Origin: Conidiobolus incongruus B7586
Taxonomy: Eukaryota
Length of the DNA: 39,964 nt
Direction of reading: 5' to 3'
NCBI GenBank assembly: GCA_000697335.1
Contig: JNEM01010372.1
Location: 1-39,964 of the forward strand
Part shown: positions 12,535-26,689 of the stretch, piece by piece
How the letters are laid out: every line of letters starts with the position of its first letter
How positions within the stretch are numbered: the first letter of the stretch is position 1
Translations under genes and position numbers: made by a program
Notes under the pieces: model-generated
The model's input: only the letters and a program-made list of their open reading frames with translations
Told to the model about the DNA's origin: nothing
Database searches by the model: none

Positions 12535-14118
12535 ATTATTATATTATTATTTATTATATTTTAGAATTAATATTTTGAGTATTATTGATAATTAATTATG
12601 ATAATCCAGTAATATATATTATATATTGAATAAAAAATGTAAAGATTTTAAAAAATTGAATGATAAAGTTTAAAAAAAGAAATGAAATTGGGATTGAACT
12701 CTTCAATTGAAAGAGGATAATGTATTGAATCAAATCTAAATAATTCTTATCTTTTATTAAGGCGTCTAAAATCTAATCCTAAATAAGATCAATCAATTCG
12801 CTCAAATTCCAATATATGAGGATAATTATATTAAGTAGATAAACGAATGATGTAATTCTTTTTATTAATTCAAAATATTTAAATAATCATTATCAATATC
12901 ACTACTTCTTTTCTAGTATAATTGGTTATTGGAATTTTTTAGTTGATCTTCTTGAATTAAAAGTGAAGAATATTAAATATTCGCAATATTATAAAATTTT
13001 GAACTAATTTTTAATTTGAATTAATAGTTAGATCTTGGTTTCTTTTAAACATCAATATGTATATCATCAAATATTTGCAATTGTTAGTATTTATTAACTA
13101 AAGAATATCAATTTAGATATCATGATAAGGGATATACTTTTAGTAGGAACACTTTGTTTGATATTATTATTATTATTAACGATAATATTTTATCTAAATT
13201 TTAAACCCCAGTTAATATTACATAACTGATAATATACTATGACAATTAAGATTTGATAAAAAATCATAGTAATATTAACCTTTGATTCCAGTTTTCAAGG
13301 AAATACTTTATTAAAGTATGAATACGCAAAATTTAATATTATATTGTTTCAAAAAATGCGTAGTTATATCATTGTTTTGAATTAAAATTTTTTAGATTAT
13401 ATATATTTTATATTACTCTTTTTGAAATTATTAAATATAATATAAGAAATTGTTGAAAGTTTTGTAGTAATTACAATTCATTTATCACAATCTCTTTTAG
13501 ACTAATTTTTTAGTGCAAGTATTACATAACACTTAATACCTGATATTTTTAAGTTATATAAGAATTCACTAATATAGTTAAATAATATAAAATTAATAAA
13601 TACTCAATGATATGCACTATTACATATCTGTGGTTAATATTAAACATTATATATATATTCTGATATAAATAATTGCTGTTTATTTCATCTACTCGATAAG
13701 AAATTATACTCAAAATAACTTTTTTGGATATTGTATCAATATTCAAAAATTATTTAAAAAATGAATTTAGTTTGATTATAAATAAACAAATCCAATATTT
13801 TGATTAAAGAGCAGTAAGAATATCTAATACATAATCAAAGGTGTACGAATAATATAGTTTCTATAATTTTCAAACTATTCAAAAAAAATTTTATTTAATA
13901 TTTATATGATATTTATAATGAGTATAAATAATTTTTACATTTAAAATTTGGTTAAACTGCTTTATGTTTATTATGAATTAAACGATAAAAATCAAATTGA
14001 TAATATTTGAATTTTTATAAGTGATTATAAATAAGAAAAAATATATAAGAAGGTATAAATTAATCCTTTGTTATTGAATTCTAAAAAGATATTAAGAATA
14101 TAGATTGATAAAAATCAG

Positions 14119-14430
14119 ATTATCATGATATATGGTTTAATATCATACAGTTTTTATATCCTAATTTATGATGACAACCAACCATATAAAGAAGGTATAT
14201 CTTATTCTCTTGGATGAATAAAATTACACAAATTTTGAAAAAAAAATCCTTGTTCAAAATTAGGATATATAATTTGAAGATACAAAATATCTTGGATAAA
14301 ATAAGTATAAAGAACTGGATAAGAAATCATTTTAAAACAATATTATGACAAAAGCAGTGCAATATATATTTTAAAATCAAAGTCAAAATTAGATGAGCGA
14401 AAATGGCATAAAGTGGCTCTATTGGCTAAT
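14119..14430 (+). mobile_element. Possible highly eroded Tc1-family transposase relic
   Basis: Fragments in Tc1 order across frameshifts: IIMIYGLISYS (cf. IMVWGCISY), KKVYLILLDE, *MSENGIKWLYW (cf. W..ENGI..L.WP). No TIRs found. Confidence 0.3.
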
Positions 14431-14746
14431 TCGATTGATTAATTGATTAGTGATTTTTAGATGTAATGATAAAATTTTAAGACAATCTACTGAACGAGTT
14501 TTGTCTATGTTTATAATATAATCAAATATATTATATAATAGTTGGATTTATATTTGAAATCCATAAAGCAAACTATGTATATTTAATTTCTTGAATATAA
14601 TTAGTTAATATGTAAATAATTGATCATAGGAAATATCCTTGAATGTGTCGGAATATATATTTACTGAATGACAAATCAAACTAATTATTGAAACGAATTT
14701 TAAATAGACATCTATTATGGAGTTAATATTTGTGTTCAAGATTTCG

Positions 14747-16261
14747 TTAATACCTTAATTTGATTTTAACATGAAATTGTGTCTCCTTTGGAACCATTAA
14801 AAATTCTTTTCTAAGGAATAATTTGGCACCTACTGTAAGCTCAATATCAAATCGATGGGGTAAGTGAGCTAATAATAAAAACAATTCTAACCATGCCAAC
14901 TCACCACCAATACATGCTCGGGGTCTAGTGCTGAAAGGGTACAATTTGGACTTCAAAGAGTCACTTTCTGGTCCAAGCCATTTGTCGATATCAAATTGTC
15001 TAGAATTAGGAAAGTTTTCATCAGAATGATTTATTGCATATGTACTGTATAATATGATGGTCTAAATATTAAATCATTAAACTTTGTTAGATAAGAAATA
15101 TATATATACTTGCTCCTTCTGGAATAAAATGGCTATCTATAACTGTAGCTCCTTTAGGCACTTCTCGTGGAATAGGCCTGAAGGCCACTGAATGGAATCT
15201 CATAAACGCTAGAATGATAGTTTCCAATAGTGAAAGTTTATGACAATCATCCATAGTTGTAATGGCATTAGGATCAGGAAATTCTTTTATGATTTGAGTG
15301 ACAATATGCTGGTAAATTGGTCGGTTTTTCAAAATTTCATAAATAGTAAATATTAAAGTATTGGAAGTAGTGTCAACACCCGCAAGGAGAAAAGTAATCG
15401 ATCCGTCAATTATCTGGTCATCTCTCAAGCTTAAACCTGATTATGTATCCTGAGTGTCTATCATTGACTGAAGGATATCTAGATGATCACTTTTCGATTC
15501 TCTTCTTTTGTTTATAGTTTCGGTAAACAACCCACTGATAAAGTCATGCATTTCTCTAAATGATTTCAAAAATGGGAAAATAATAAGACCAATGAATATA
15601 GTCGCTTTGTGAAAAAATTTCAGATAATGTTTGAATTGATCTGGATTATTGTACATCCAAGAGATTGTCCAAACACTAATCTACTCACAACGGCTAAGGT
15701 ACTCGAATAAAACAATTCAGAGATATTGACTGTAACTTCCTCTTTGCCTGAATTGAACAAACTAGACTAATATCGAATTTAGTTGAGGGTATCTGTTTCT
15801 AGAATTGTAGGTTCCATAATTCGAATGAATTTGGAACTAATTGCTGTTGATATCATCGTTTTCTTTGTATATAATAATTCTAGTCTCATATAGAGAGAAT
15901 GGTAGGATTATTAAATTCAAAAATTTTATATTGCTTGGTTTTCTTATATTGATAGCCGTTTGGTAATTTATATGTGTTAGAATTACTCACAATAAACTTA
16001 TTTTTCGCAACTACAATCACTTTAAGATTACAATGCCAAAGAATATTACAAAATACTTCAAAAATATGTTTAAGTATATTTTTAAAAAAAATATCGAGGA
16101 TAGTTTGGACGTAATAATTTTGATATTGGCCCAGAATAATATGCACGATAAATATGGCTATGATAAAACCAAACACAATTGAAAACTATGGTAAAAACAA
16201 TAAACTCCATATAAGTGATGGATTTCCAAATTTGTTGCAAGTCATTGAACAACATATTCAA
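14747..16261 (-). pseudogene. Cytochrome P450 pseudogene, tandem paralogue of the 18091-19630 gene
   Basis: Collinear fragments: MLFNDLQQIWKSITYMEF...YYSGP, AGVDTTSNTL, heme loop FSTRPRACIG. Multiple stops and frameshifts; ExxR degraded to AFMR. Same 52-nt intron position (15062-15113) but with a GC donor. Confidence 0.9.
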
Positions 16262-18090
16262 AATAAAAAATTCTCAGTTTTATACCAAAATATATTTCTC
16301 GAAATATCTAAGCATTTTGTATTAATTTCAAATCATGCAATATACTATATATTACCTCACTGGTAATCGGTGGGGTCAAAAGTGTATTCATTTGTATTCG
16401 TACAGATTGTATTTAATTCATTATTTAATTGATTATCTTTAATATATTCAAAAAATTAACAAATTTGAATATTATTATAATTCTCTTATTATTTTAGCTT
16501 CATAAACTAAAATATTTGATTTAGGACTTATTCTAAATCTTTTTTAATTATTTTTTTAAATTATATAATTATATAACATACAATATTATAAGTTATATTA
16601 TTTTCAAAGAATATTATGATCAAAGTATTATGAGCTTTTGATATATTTTTAAATGATATTACGTATCATTTTTAAAGATTATAAAAGGTAAAATCAACAT
16701 TTTTAGTTCTGATATTAAATCATAATTTTAAGATTAATATTAATTTGTACTTATAATTTTGTAATATATAACTTAAAAATTAATAAACAATTTCATCTAG
16801 AAATATATATTTAGAGACCAAAAATTGTGAATAAAATATGATGACCAATATATATGATTCATTCCATTTTCAATACTTTTTATTCTCAAATCATTATTTG
16901 ATGCAAAATTTTTGATTTTATCAATTAGTTAACTGAAAATATTGTTTCATAATTTTATATAATTCAGTCCCAAAATTTACTGAATTACCAATTTTTTTAT
17001 TTCTGATAAAATAAAAAATAAATTAAAATTTTTAGTTCAATCAAATATTGATGTTAATAGTAAATTAAAATAAACCTAATTAATATATATTTGGTCAATA
17101 AATCCATTTGAAAATTATATAATAATACTTATAATAATAAGAATATTATATATTATGATTAAACTAAATTTTTGTTTTTTTGCTCAATATTTTATATACT
17201 AAATGGTTATAGATTATGTAAGGTGTAAATTCTTCAAAGTTGTATTTAATATTAATCTTAATTAGACATATTAATTTTGAATAAAATTTACAACTATTAT
17301 ATAAATATCAAAATTAAATAAAATTATTTTTCATCATTAAAATTTGTTTTTTCCCAATTTTTTTGAATTTGAATTTTAAAATACATGTATAAAAAATGTA
17401 AAAATAAATCAAAGAATCAATATAATAATTAGATAACCTAATCTTGTTATAAATTTATATACATATATAGGATGATATTATCAATAATGAGATGTGATGA
17501 TGTAATTCAAATAAAATATTAGAAGAATAGCTTGATTTAAAAAAAAATTGAAAATTGAATTAAATTCAATCAAAAATACTTCTGTTATATATATTAAAAT
17601 TATTATTATATAATCAAAAAAGAATAATATATGGTATATAATTGGATATTATTATGATATATTTATATTTGAATGGATCTATGAGATTCAGCTATTTCGA
17701 ATAATCATTAACCTTTTTCAAAGAATTTTATAATTTACATCTAGTTATAATCTGTATAACTTTTATTAATTCTATTAATGAAAAAAAATTTAAATACTAT
17801 ACATTAACCAAACTATCACATTAATTTTATTAAAAATTCATAATATTAAACATCTTAATGATCAAATATAAATTTTTTGTTAGCTTAAAAAACATTGATA
17901 ACAGATTGGGTACAATCATTTTCATGATTCACTATAAATCATTATACAATGTGATATTGGATGATAATTTATTCGATATTCGTGTTATAAAAAAAATAAT
18001 AAATGTTTAAAAATAATTTCAAATATATAACTAAATATTAAAAAGTAGCTGCTGACTATATATAACAAAAAATTACTTGTAACGCACTGG

Positions 18091-19630
18091 CTAAACTTTA
18101 AAGGATCTTCTTCGAATTTTAATATTCAAATTCTTCTCCCTAGGAGATAGTAAGAAACCATTCACGGGAGTTATCTTAGAATTATCTTCAAGTTCCATTT
18201 CAAATCTATGGAGTAAATGAGAGAGTAATAGGAACATCTCCATCCATGCCAACTCCCTTCCAATACATGACCTTGGCCCTGTACTGAATGCATACAGTTT
18301 TGATTTCAATGACTCTCTCTCTGGTTCAAGCCATCTTTCGATATTAAATTCTTTCGCATTAGGAAAATATTCGTCTGAATGGTTGACTGCGAATGCATTA
18401 AATGCTATTACGGTCTAAAGATTACATTATTAGTGATATAATAAAAAAAGTGTAAAATATAATTACTCCTTCAGGAATAAAGTGACCATCAATTGTGACT
18501 CCTCCTGGAGGAACCAAACGTGGAATGGGTCCAAATGCTACAGGATGAAATCTAAGAGATTCAAGGATAGCAGCTTCTAGTAATGGAAGTTTTTTACGGC
18601 AATCATCCACAGTGATTGTGGCATTAGGATCTGGGAACTCTTTCACTATCTGAGAAACAATACGTTCATAGAGTTCTCGGTTCTTCAAAATTTCATAAAT
18701 AGTAAAGATCAATGTATTGGAAGTAGTATCGATTCCTGCGAAGAGGAGAGTCATAGCTTCATCCACAATTTCGTCATCCCTCAACCTCAAGCCCGACTCT
18801 TCATCTTGTGTATCCATCATGGATTGAAGGATATCGGAATGGCTACAGTTTGACTCCCTTCTCTTTTTCATATTCTCAATAATTATTCCTTGAAAAAGTT
18901 GGGTGGGAAGATACCAACGTTTCAAAATTGGAATTAAGGGTAAAAGGCCAAGAACTAATTGAGCTCTGAAGATGAGCTTCATATAATATTTAAATTCATT
19001 TGGATTCTCTATACAATGAAGAGATTCTCCGAATACTAGTTGGCTAATGACATCCAGAGTACTTCGATAAAATAGCTCGTAAATATCTACGGTAATTTCA
19101 TTGGTTTCGTTATTAAAAAAACTGGACAAATATTTGATCAAGTTAAGAGTTCCAGTTTCGAGTATTAAAGGCTCCATATTTTGCATGGATTTCGAACTGA
19201 ATGCTGGTGATAACAATCTCTTTCTTTTTGCATGGTAATCTTTATCTCTCGATGAGAATATAGTGGGATTATTCAGGTCAAACAGCTTATACATCACACT
19301 CTTTTTATACTTATAGCCATTTAACAATTTAAATGCTTCTATATCGCTAACTAGTACACCATTTTTAGCAAAAACGAATACTTTACCATAATCCTCGTGC
19401 ATTTTATAAAAGTTATCAGCATGTCCTATTAACCTCAAATAATATCTATAAAAGTAAAAGAACAAGGGATTTTTAGGATGAGGTAGATGTGAGTGTGGTC
19501 CTGAATAATAAGCTGTATAAATTTGGCTATAATAAAACCATACAAAATTAAAAATTATAAAGAAGGTCACTAGCTCAATATAAGATATTGAATTCCAAAA
19601 TTGCTCTAAATCGTGTAACAAACTTCTCAT
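18091..19630 (-). CDS. Cytochrome P450 monooxygenase, 2 exons (19630-18467, 18414-18091), 495 aa
   Basis: N-terminal anchor, RKRLLSPAFS, I-helix AGIDTTS, ESLR (ExxR), IERW, heme FSTGPRSCIG; 52-nt GT-AG intron 18415-18466. Confidence 0.95.
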
Positions 19631-20350
19631 TATAAAAAAATCAATAGTTTTAATAATCCTAAAAGAAGTGTGACATTTTGTTTTTATATCAAGAAATACT
19701 TCAGGTTATATACTACTCATCATCAATCTTAGCATGAATTATTTGAAAAAATGGCACCACATCAGCCCGAACATTATACCATTAAACTTTATTACATGTG
19801 ATTATTGAATTTTTGACAATTTGAGTTATCTTTGGAATATGATATTTATAATATGTTAATTATATGGTATTAATCATATTCAGTATTAAAACATAAAAAA
19901 TATTTCAAATATATCAGATCTTCAGACTAAAAATCAGCGATATTTCACAAAAGATCTTAATAACTAAAGGTTATTAAAGGTTTGAAACATTTCAGTTCAT
20001 TCATTTATGAAGCACTTTAAAAACCTGGAGTCTCTATATTCTTGATTTTTATATAATATAATGATTAATGTGATATGTTTTACAATAAATATATCAATAT
20101 TAAATTGAGACTGATATTATTTATATATTGTATATTTAATAACATTGAAAACTTTGTGTATGAATAAATATTTAATAGTCAGAAATCTCATTTTGGTAAT
20201 AAACTGAAACATATAATATTTATTTAATTTACAAACGGAATATAATCAAGTTCTTATTTTGGTATAATTCAAACATATTAAATTAAATGTTACAAAATTC
20301 AACATTTTGTTATTATTGTAAATTTTTTCATTAATTACTACATATTAAGA

Positions 20351-20370
20351 ATATATATATATATATATAT
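20351..20370. repeat. (AT)10 microsatellite
   Basis: atatatatatatatatatat read directly. Confidence 0.9.
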
Positions 20371-22217
20371 TCACCATTGAATCTGATAATATCCAGCAAT
20401 GCTTATTATATTAATTGTTAAAATAATAGATTTGGAGTTAAATATGAATTAACTATTTTACCAATTAAATAACAATAGCAAATCTATAATATTCAAGAAT
20501 TGGTATATATTTTTTTAATTAAAATCAATAATAGAGATAAAATTTAACCATATTAACAAAATTACTAAATCCAAATTATACTTTTAACATTGAAATTGTG
20601 ATAAAATCAAAATTTCGAAAAGATATACATATATATTCCTATTACATGCATTTTAAATTTTGTCAATTTCTTTATATTTTCTTGTAACTGTTATATTAAT
20701 TTGAATAAAATTTGTTTACTAACCGTATTATCAAAATTATTATAAAATTGAATATTAACAGCCATCAATAGAAATATGATAATTACATTTAATATATACT
20801 CAAAGTTAAATGATATATCTCATAAATATTTATTTAAAAATGATTTTGAATATTTTCAAGAGGTTGATTTTGATAATAATACAAAGTGTTAAATTGGAAT
20901 TTTTGAATGTATTTTTTATCATAATATTATTTTATATAACTAAGTCACTAAAGAATATTTTTGAGGTTTGATACTGTATCCAAAATTAAACACTACTTTT
21001 TTTAAAAATTTACCTTTATCAGACTATTAATAGTTATCTATTGCATATTTAATATATTATATTATTTGACTTAACCTATTATTCCAATTATTTTAAAATC
21101 AATAATATAAATTTGGTTCATTTGATTGATTAGAAATTAATTTTACTTTTACTCAATCTAGTTAATATAAATAATTTGATAAAGTTATAGTTTATATCAA
21201 TTTATTAGTAATAAAACTAAAAATTATAATTAAATAATATTCATAAATAAAATAAATATCATGTTGAAAATAATAATATATAATGTATATCGTAAATGAA
21301 AAAACTTGAATTTTTATATTGCGATTTCAAATAAATTAAATTTGACATTTTATATTTTTCACAAAAATTTTGAAAATTATTTGATATCTATATTATTTTG
21401 GAAAATAACATGGGTTAACATAAATAAATTAAAAGTATTCTATCAATAAATAAACTAGGTAATATGATTATCAATTTTATCACAAAAATTATAGAGTTTG
21501 TAATTGATTCATTAGCTTAAACAAATATTATTTCAATTTTGGTAGATAATAATAATTATTCAAGTGTATAATAACAGTGAATTAGAATAATAAATATGAA
21601 TTTAATAATAAAATTGGTACACTAGATAAACTGAATAATGTATCAGTATTCAAATAAATACTAAATTGAGTTTGTCGTTTAATTAATTGAGTATGATTAA
21701 AAAAATTATTTTTGAACTAAAAAAGCGAGTGTCAATAGATAATATAATATATGATATTTATAAAATAATAAGAATTAAAAGATTTTTGGAGTTTATTTTT
21801 AAGCATATTATATGAAGTCCTATTATTGAGTATATTTGAATATGTATTTTTGAAGGATAAACTTTAATAATTTGACTAAATTGAATGATGAAATCATATT
21901 CCATTTTATAAAAAAATAAATTTAATGATATAGAATTTAGAAATTGTGGGATATTATATTTTCCAATAACATTTAGTATTAACAAAGTATTAATCAATCC
22001 AACAAAAATAATTAATACACTGAGCATCGCGGGCCTCTTCTTCTCCATCCACCTTCCAATAGTTGGTGTAAGACACTTTTTTAATTTAACATCCATTAAT
22101 TATCCAATACTAACGAATTCAATTTTTTATATAATCGAAACAAAAAATCAAAAATGTCAACTTAAACTCTCAATTACAAAACTTGAATTTATTGCAATTA
22201 CAGTAATCTGAGTCACG

Positions 22218-22897
22218 ATGAAAGAACTTACCAAGTCCGAAACTTTGGTTATTCCCGAAGGTGTTGAAGTCACCATCAAGGCCCGTTTCATCACTGTTAC
22301 TGGTCCTCGTGGTACTTTGACTAAAGACCTCCGTCACATCAACTGTGAAGTCCAACGTGTTTCCAAGAACAAGATTAACGTTGTTGTCTACCACGGTTCC
22401 CGCAAGCACGTCGCTTGTATCCGTACCGCTGTTTCTCACATCAGAAACATGATCACCGGTGTTACCAAGGTAAATTCCAGTAGTTTACCAGTTTGGGGAT
22501 TCAAATTAATAATTTTAAAATAGGGTTTCTTATACAAGATGCGTTACGTATATGCTCACTTTCCCATCAACGTTATTGTTTCCGATGACGGTAAGAACGT
22601 CGAAGTCCGTAACTTCTTAGGTGAAAAGATCATCCGCCGTGTCGCTATGTTGGAAGGTGTCACTTGTGAAATCTCCACTGAACAAAAGGATGAAATCATC
22701 ATCAAGGGTAACAGCATCGAAAACGTCTCCCAATCCGCCGCTTCTATCCAACAATCCACCACTGTTAAGAAGAAGGATATTCGTAAATTCTTGGACGGTA
22801 TCTACGTTTCTGAAAAGGTAATTACTTTTTGCTATAATATTTTTAATATTGTATTTATTTATTATTTTTTTAGACCACTATTGTTCAAGATGAATAA
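22218..22897 (+). CDS. RPL9: 60S ribosomal protein L9 (uL6), 3 exons (22218-22469, 22524-22817, 22874-22897), 189 aa
   Basis: [57 protein letters not shown]; strong high-expression codon bias; introns 22470-22523 and 22818-22873. Confidence 0.97.
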
Positions 22898-24789
22898 ATG
22901 ACTCAATTATTAAACAGTGAAACTGTTAAAATAAAGCCTATATTGGTAATATAGTGTACTATATTAATTAGAAAATAACACACTTATTTATCGAGCCATT
23001 ATCCGCGATTCTATAACTTCGATTATATATGTGTGTCGATTGAACCCTCTTGTTTGGAGTATAATTTACTTTTTAATATATTCATATCATTATAGATTTT
23101 ATCTCATTTTTACTCGTTCTCAATGTCTCTTGGGCGTGTTTTTACTTATTTCATTTTCATTTTACGGATTATACTTATATCTTGGATTTTCGGGCCTCCT
23201 ATCTTTGTCCATACTATAATGTTTTCTCTGCCCATTTTCAATATCTTTGCCAGCATTTCTGTCTGTCAAATTGCAACACAACAATCTTACAAATCCACCT
23301 ACCTTGAGACATGCTTATTATGACTTTTCAATGTTTTCGACTATTAATATTTATATCATATCGCATTTTTTTAATTTTCTTTTGTATTTTGAATTTTTAT
23401 TCTTCAAATAATCATCCTTGTTTATTATTCTTTTAATAATTTTATCTAACACCATACAACTTTAGATTTTCCTGCATATCTTTCTTACTAATTCACATAC
23501 TTTATAACTCTTATTTCAAATTCAATATATCTAGCATACTTTTGTCTTCATTTGGCATTAAATTGTTATCGAATATTAAATTCTAATTTATCCATTATAT
23601 TTAATTAATTTTGATACTATAAATTTTCAATATTTTTACCATATTTTATAAATTAAGATTTTTTACAAAAATTTTTTGAAAATTTGTGGAAATTTCTTAA
23701 AGTCAATTTCATAAATAATATTTATTTATTATATTCACAAATCTACTATTTATTGAATTTGTGTTTAAAAATATTTAGTTTACTTAAATATATTATAATA
23801 AGTTTAGAAAAATAAAATTAATAAGTTTAATTTTATAATTTTTAAAATATCATAGGTTTGACTTTATATTATAAAATTTTTGAATTATTTTATTAATAAA
23901 TTTTACTATATATAATATTAAAAAATGCATAGTATTCATTTGATTTAAATACCATTGGTCTTTTATTATTTAATTTTAGAGTATGTGGTAATTCTAAGTC
24001 GTAAAATAGATTGTTTTTTGATTGATTGATTTATTTATTTTGAGAAAGTCGAATACTAAAAATATAAATATAATTTAGTAGCATTTTTATATCAATTTAA
24101 ATTTTAGTGCATAAATTTACAGAATATATTTAGATTACTACCAACATTATATTATTAATAAAACTATAAATATTGTTAATAGATTTATTAAACCAAGTTC
24201 CTCTAATTTAATTTTAAACTGTTAATATATTTATTTTTATATATGCATTTATATTTAAAAAATTCAAATCAAAAGTTAAAATAATTTATATAATTGTAAT
24301 AACAAATATTTAATTATTTTTTAATATTCCTAAAAATAATATAATAGTTCATTATTTTAAAAAATTCCTTGAAATATATTTTAATATTATTTTAATATAT
24401 CAAATTATTTATTTAATTAGCATTTTATCAAATCATTTAAATTTGCTAATTGATATATTTATAATTTTGATTTATATAAAATTTATCAAATAATATTTAA
24501 ATTTAAATATAATTGATGAGAAATAAAGCCATACTATATAAAATATCTTGATTAATACCAAATTGAATATAACTATTAGCCAAATTGATAATGATAAAAC
24601 ATATAATATTGAGTTAATTAAATATTCAAAATATATAAATAAATAAATAATTATTTCAATATTTTATTAATATAACTTATATTACAAAAATCTTTAATTA
24701 TTTTATTATAATTTAATATTATTAGTAATTTAAACTGAATATAAATTATTATATAAAAAACTTTAATATTAATTTAAATTGATTTAATT

Positions 24790-25186
24790 TGTAAGTGTGG
24801 TGGTAAATACCAATATAGTGCAGAGGAAGACTTAATATAAGAATAGCGTGACACGGAACGTGGTATTATAACGTGGCAGTAGCGTGCAGATGTAAACAAA
24901 GTTTAATTAAGTTTCGAACTGGGTTGAGTCACCGATATATTAAGATTTATATTGGGTAGTGTCAATATACTGTAATATTGACAAGATGTAGTCTCAATCT
25001 TAGAAATAGTGAAAAGGTAAGGAATAGTAAGAATTGAGAGGAAAAAAAAGAACCTGGTTTATTAGATAATTCAATGCTATTTATATAATTAATTTAGCTA
25101 TAAAAGTATAAATTAATTATATAATTTATAGTTAATTGAATTATATAAAAGTATATATAAGAATTTAGAGAACTAGTCTCTTAACA
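24790..25186 (-). mobile_element. Solo LTR (397 bp) of an LTR retrotransposon
   Basis: TG...CA ends with near-inverted termini (tgtaag / cttaaca); exact 5-bp target-site duplication TAATT at 24785-24789 and 25187-25191; minus-strand TATAAATAG followed by AATAAA and a pyrimidine-rich tract. Confidence 0.8.
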
Positions 25187-25379
25187 TAATTATAAAATTT
25201 ATTATTTTATTATTTATTATTATTTAATTTAATTAATATATTAATTAAAAAAATTATTATTTATATTAATTTATATATATATGAGAAAGATATTATAGTA
25301 TATTACTATAAATTGAATCAACTAAATAATTACAATTTTATAATATTTTCTTAATTATTTCATGATTAAATTTATAATA

Positions 25380-26689
25380 TTACTTTGTATTTTTAATAAT
25401 AGGAATTTTTTACAATTAAAAATAAATAAATATTTAAATATATGATATATAAAAATAAATATATAATATAAATTTAATAGTTTCTTTTATTATTAATAAC
25501 TTTTTGCCATACTTTTAGCAAACTTCTATCACCTAAAAAACAGTTTTTTTTATTAAAGACTAAAATTTGATGTTTCACAAACCAATTAAATTTCCCTGCA
25601 GAAATTTTCTTTCCTGCAAGCTGGTTTTTTAATTACCCAAAGCAATTATAATCACATAGGTTATAATCAAAGGAATATACTGGATGTGGTAGTTCTTTCC
25701 AGTTTTTTTTAATTAGAAAGTTTTTTACATCTTTAGATTTATGTATTTTGCAATTATCATGTAAAATAATAGGTTTTCTCAAATTATATTGAGAACACCA
25801 ATTAGAAATACTTTTATTTAAAAAAGCAATATATAGTTTACTATTAATTGATTTCCCTTCAGGAACTAAATAAGAATAGCATATACCATTATAATTTATT
25901 ACAATAATTAACATTTGCTTATTAACAAAATACTTATTTAAAGGGATTTATAGAGGGGGTTGATTTAGCTTAATCCAGCATCTTGATTTGTGTTTTGGTA
26001 AAGGATTATACATAGGGATCTAAGATTCATCAATTGTAATTATTTGCTGTAAAAGTCTAGGCTTCTGGTAATATTTCAATAAGTTTTGTTTAGCAATAGC
26101 TACTCTAGCTTTTTTTTGAGCTTTAGTTAAATTATAAGGTACCTATTTTACATTTTTATTTATTAATTTTAGTTTAAACTTTAAAATATATAAAATACTT
26201 GTAAAACTAATATTAAAGTGCTTAGATAATTCTCTAGCTGAAATAAAAAGGTGCTTTTCAATATATTTTTTCACTCTATTTACAATTGAAAGAGTGACAG
26301 TTAAAGTTAGTCTTCTAGATTTTAACAGGTTTTGAATAGTTTCTCTCCTAGCTTTAAAGTAATTTACCCAGTGATAAATTGTTGATTTAGATAATGCTTC
26401 ATTACTAAAAGCTGCTTGTAAATTTTGAATAATTTTAAAGGGTTTATGGTTAAGTTTTACTAATACCAAAATAAAAGACTTTTGATGATTACTATTTGGT
26501 TTAAGCATGATTAAATTAAACAACCAATTTTAAAAAGTTAATTTTTTAATCAAAAAAACTAATATATATATATATATTAAAAATATATAATTTCCTATTA
26601 ACTATATATATATTTATTTATTTCAAACTAATAATATGTTTGAAAAATCAGAAATTAAAAAATTTCCCATTATTTCAAATTCAAGGTAA
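25380..26689 (-). mobile_element. Full-length mariner-type (DD34D) DNA transposon, copy 1, 1310 bp, inactivated
   Basis: TA on both flanks. Imperfect ~30-bp TIRs: left ttactttgtatttttaataataggaattttt, right (reverse complement) ttaccttgaatttgaaataatgggaaatttt. Internal transposase. Confidence 0.92.
25474..26508 (-). pseudogene. Mariner transposase pseudogene: 345-codon frame, 4 nonsense codons, no frameshift
   Basis: HTH N-terminus, *VPYNL (cf. WVPHEL), ITIDES*, LHDN-x-YSFDYNLCDY with D34D spacing, C-terminal WQKVINNKRNY. Stops at 26143, 26020, 25948 and 25633 are TAG/TAA. Confidence 0.92.

Noticed and set aside
23940..24240. Possible hAT transposase fragments on the minus strand (LEELGL, NVGSN, PHTLKL)
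   Set aside because: Fragments are short, broken by frame changes and stops, and could be chance.
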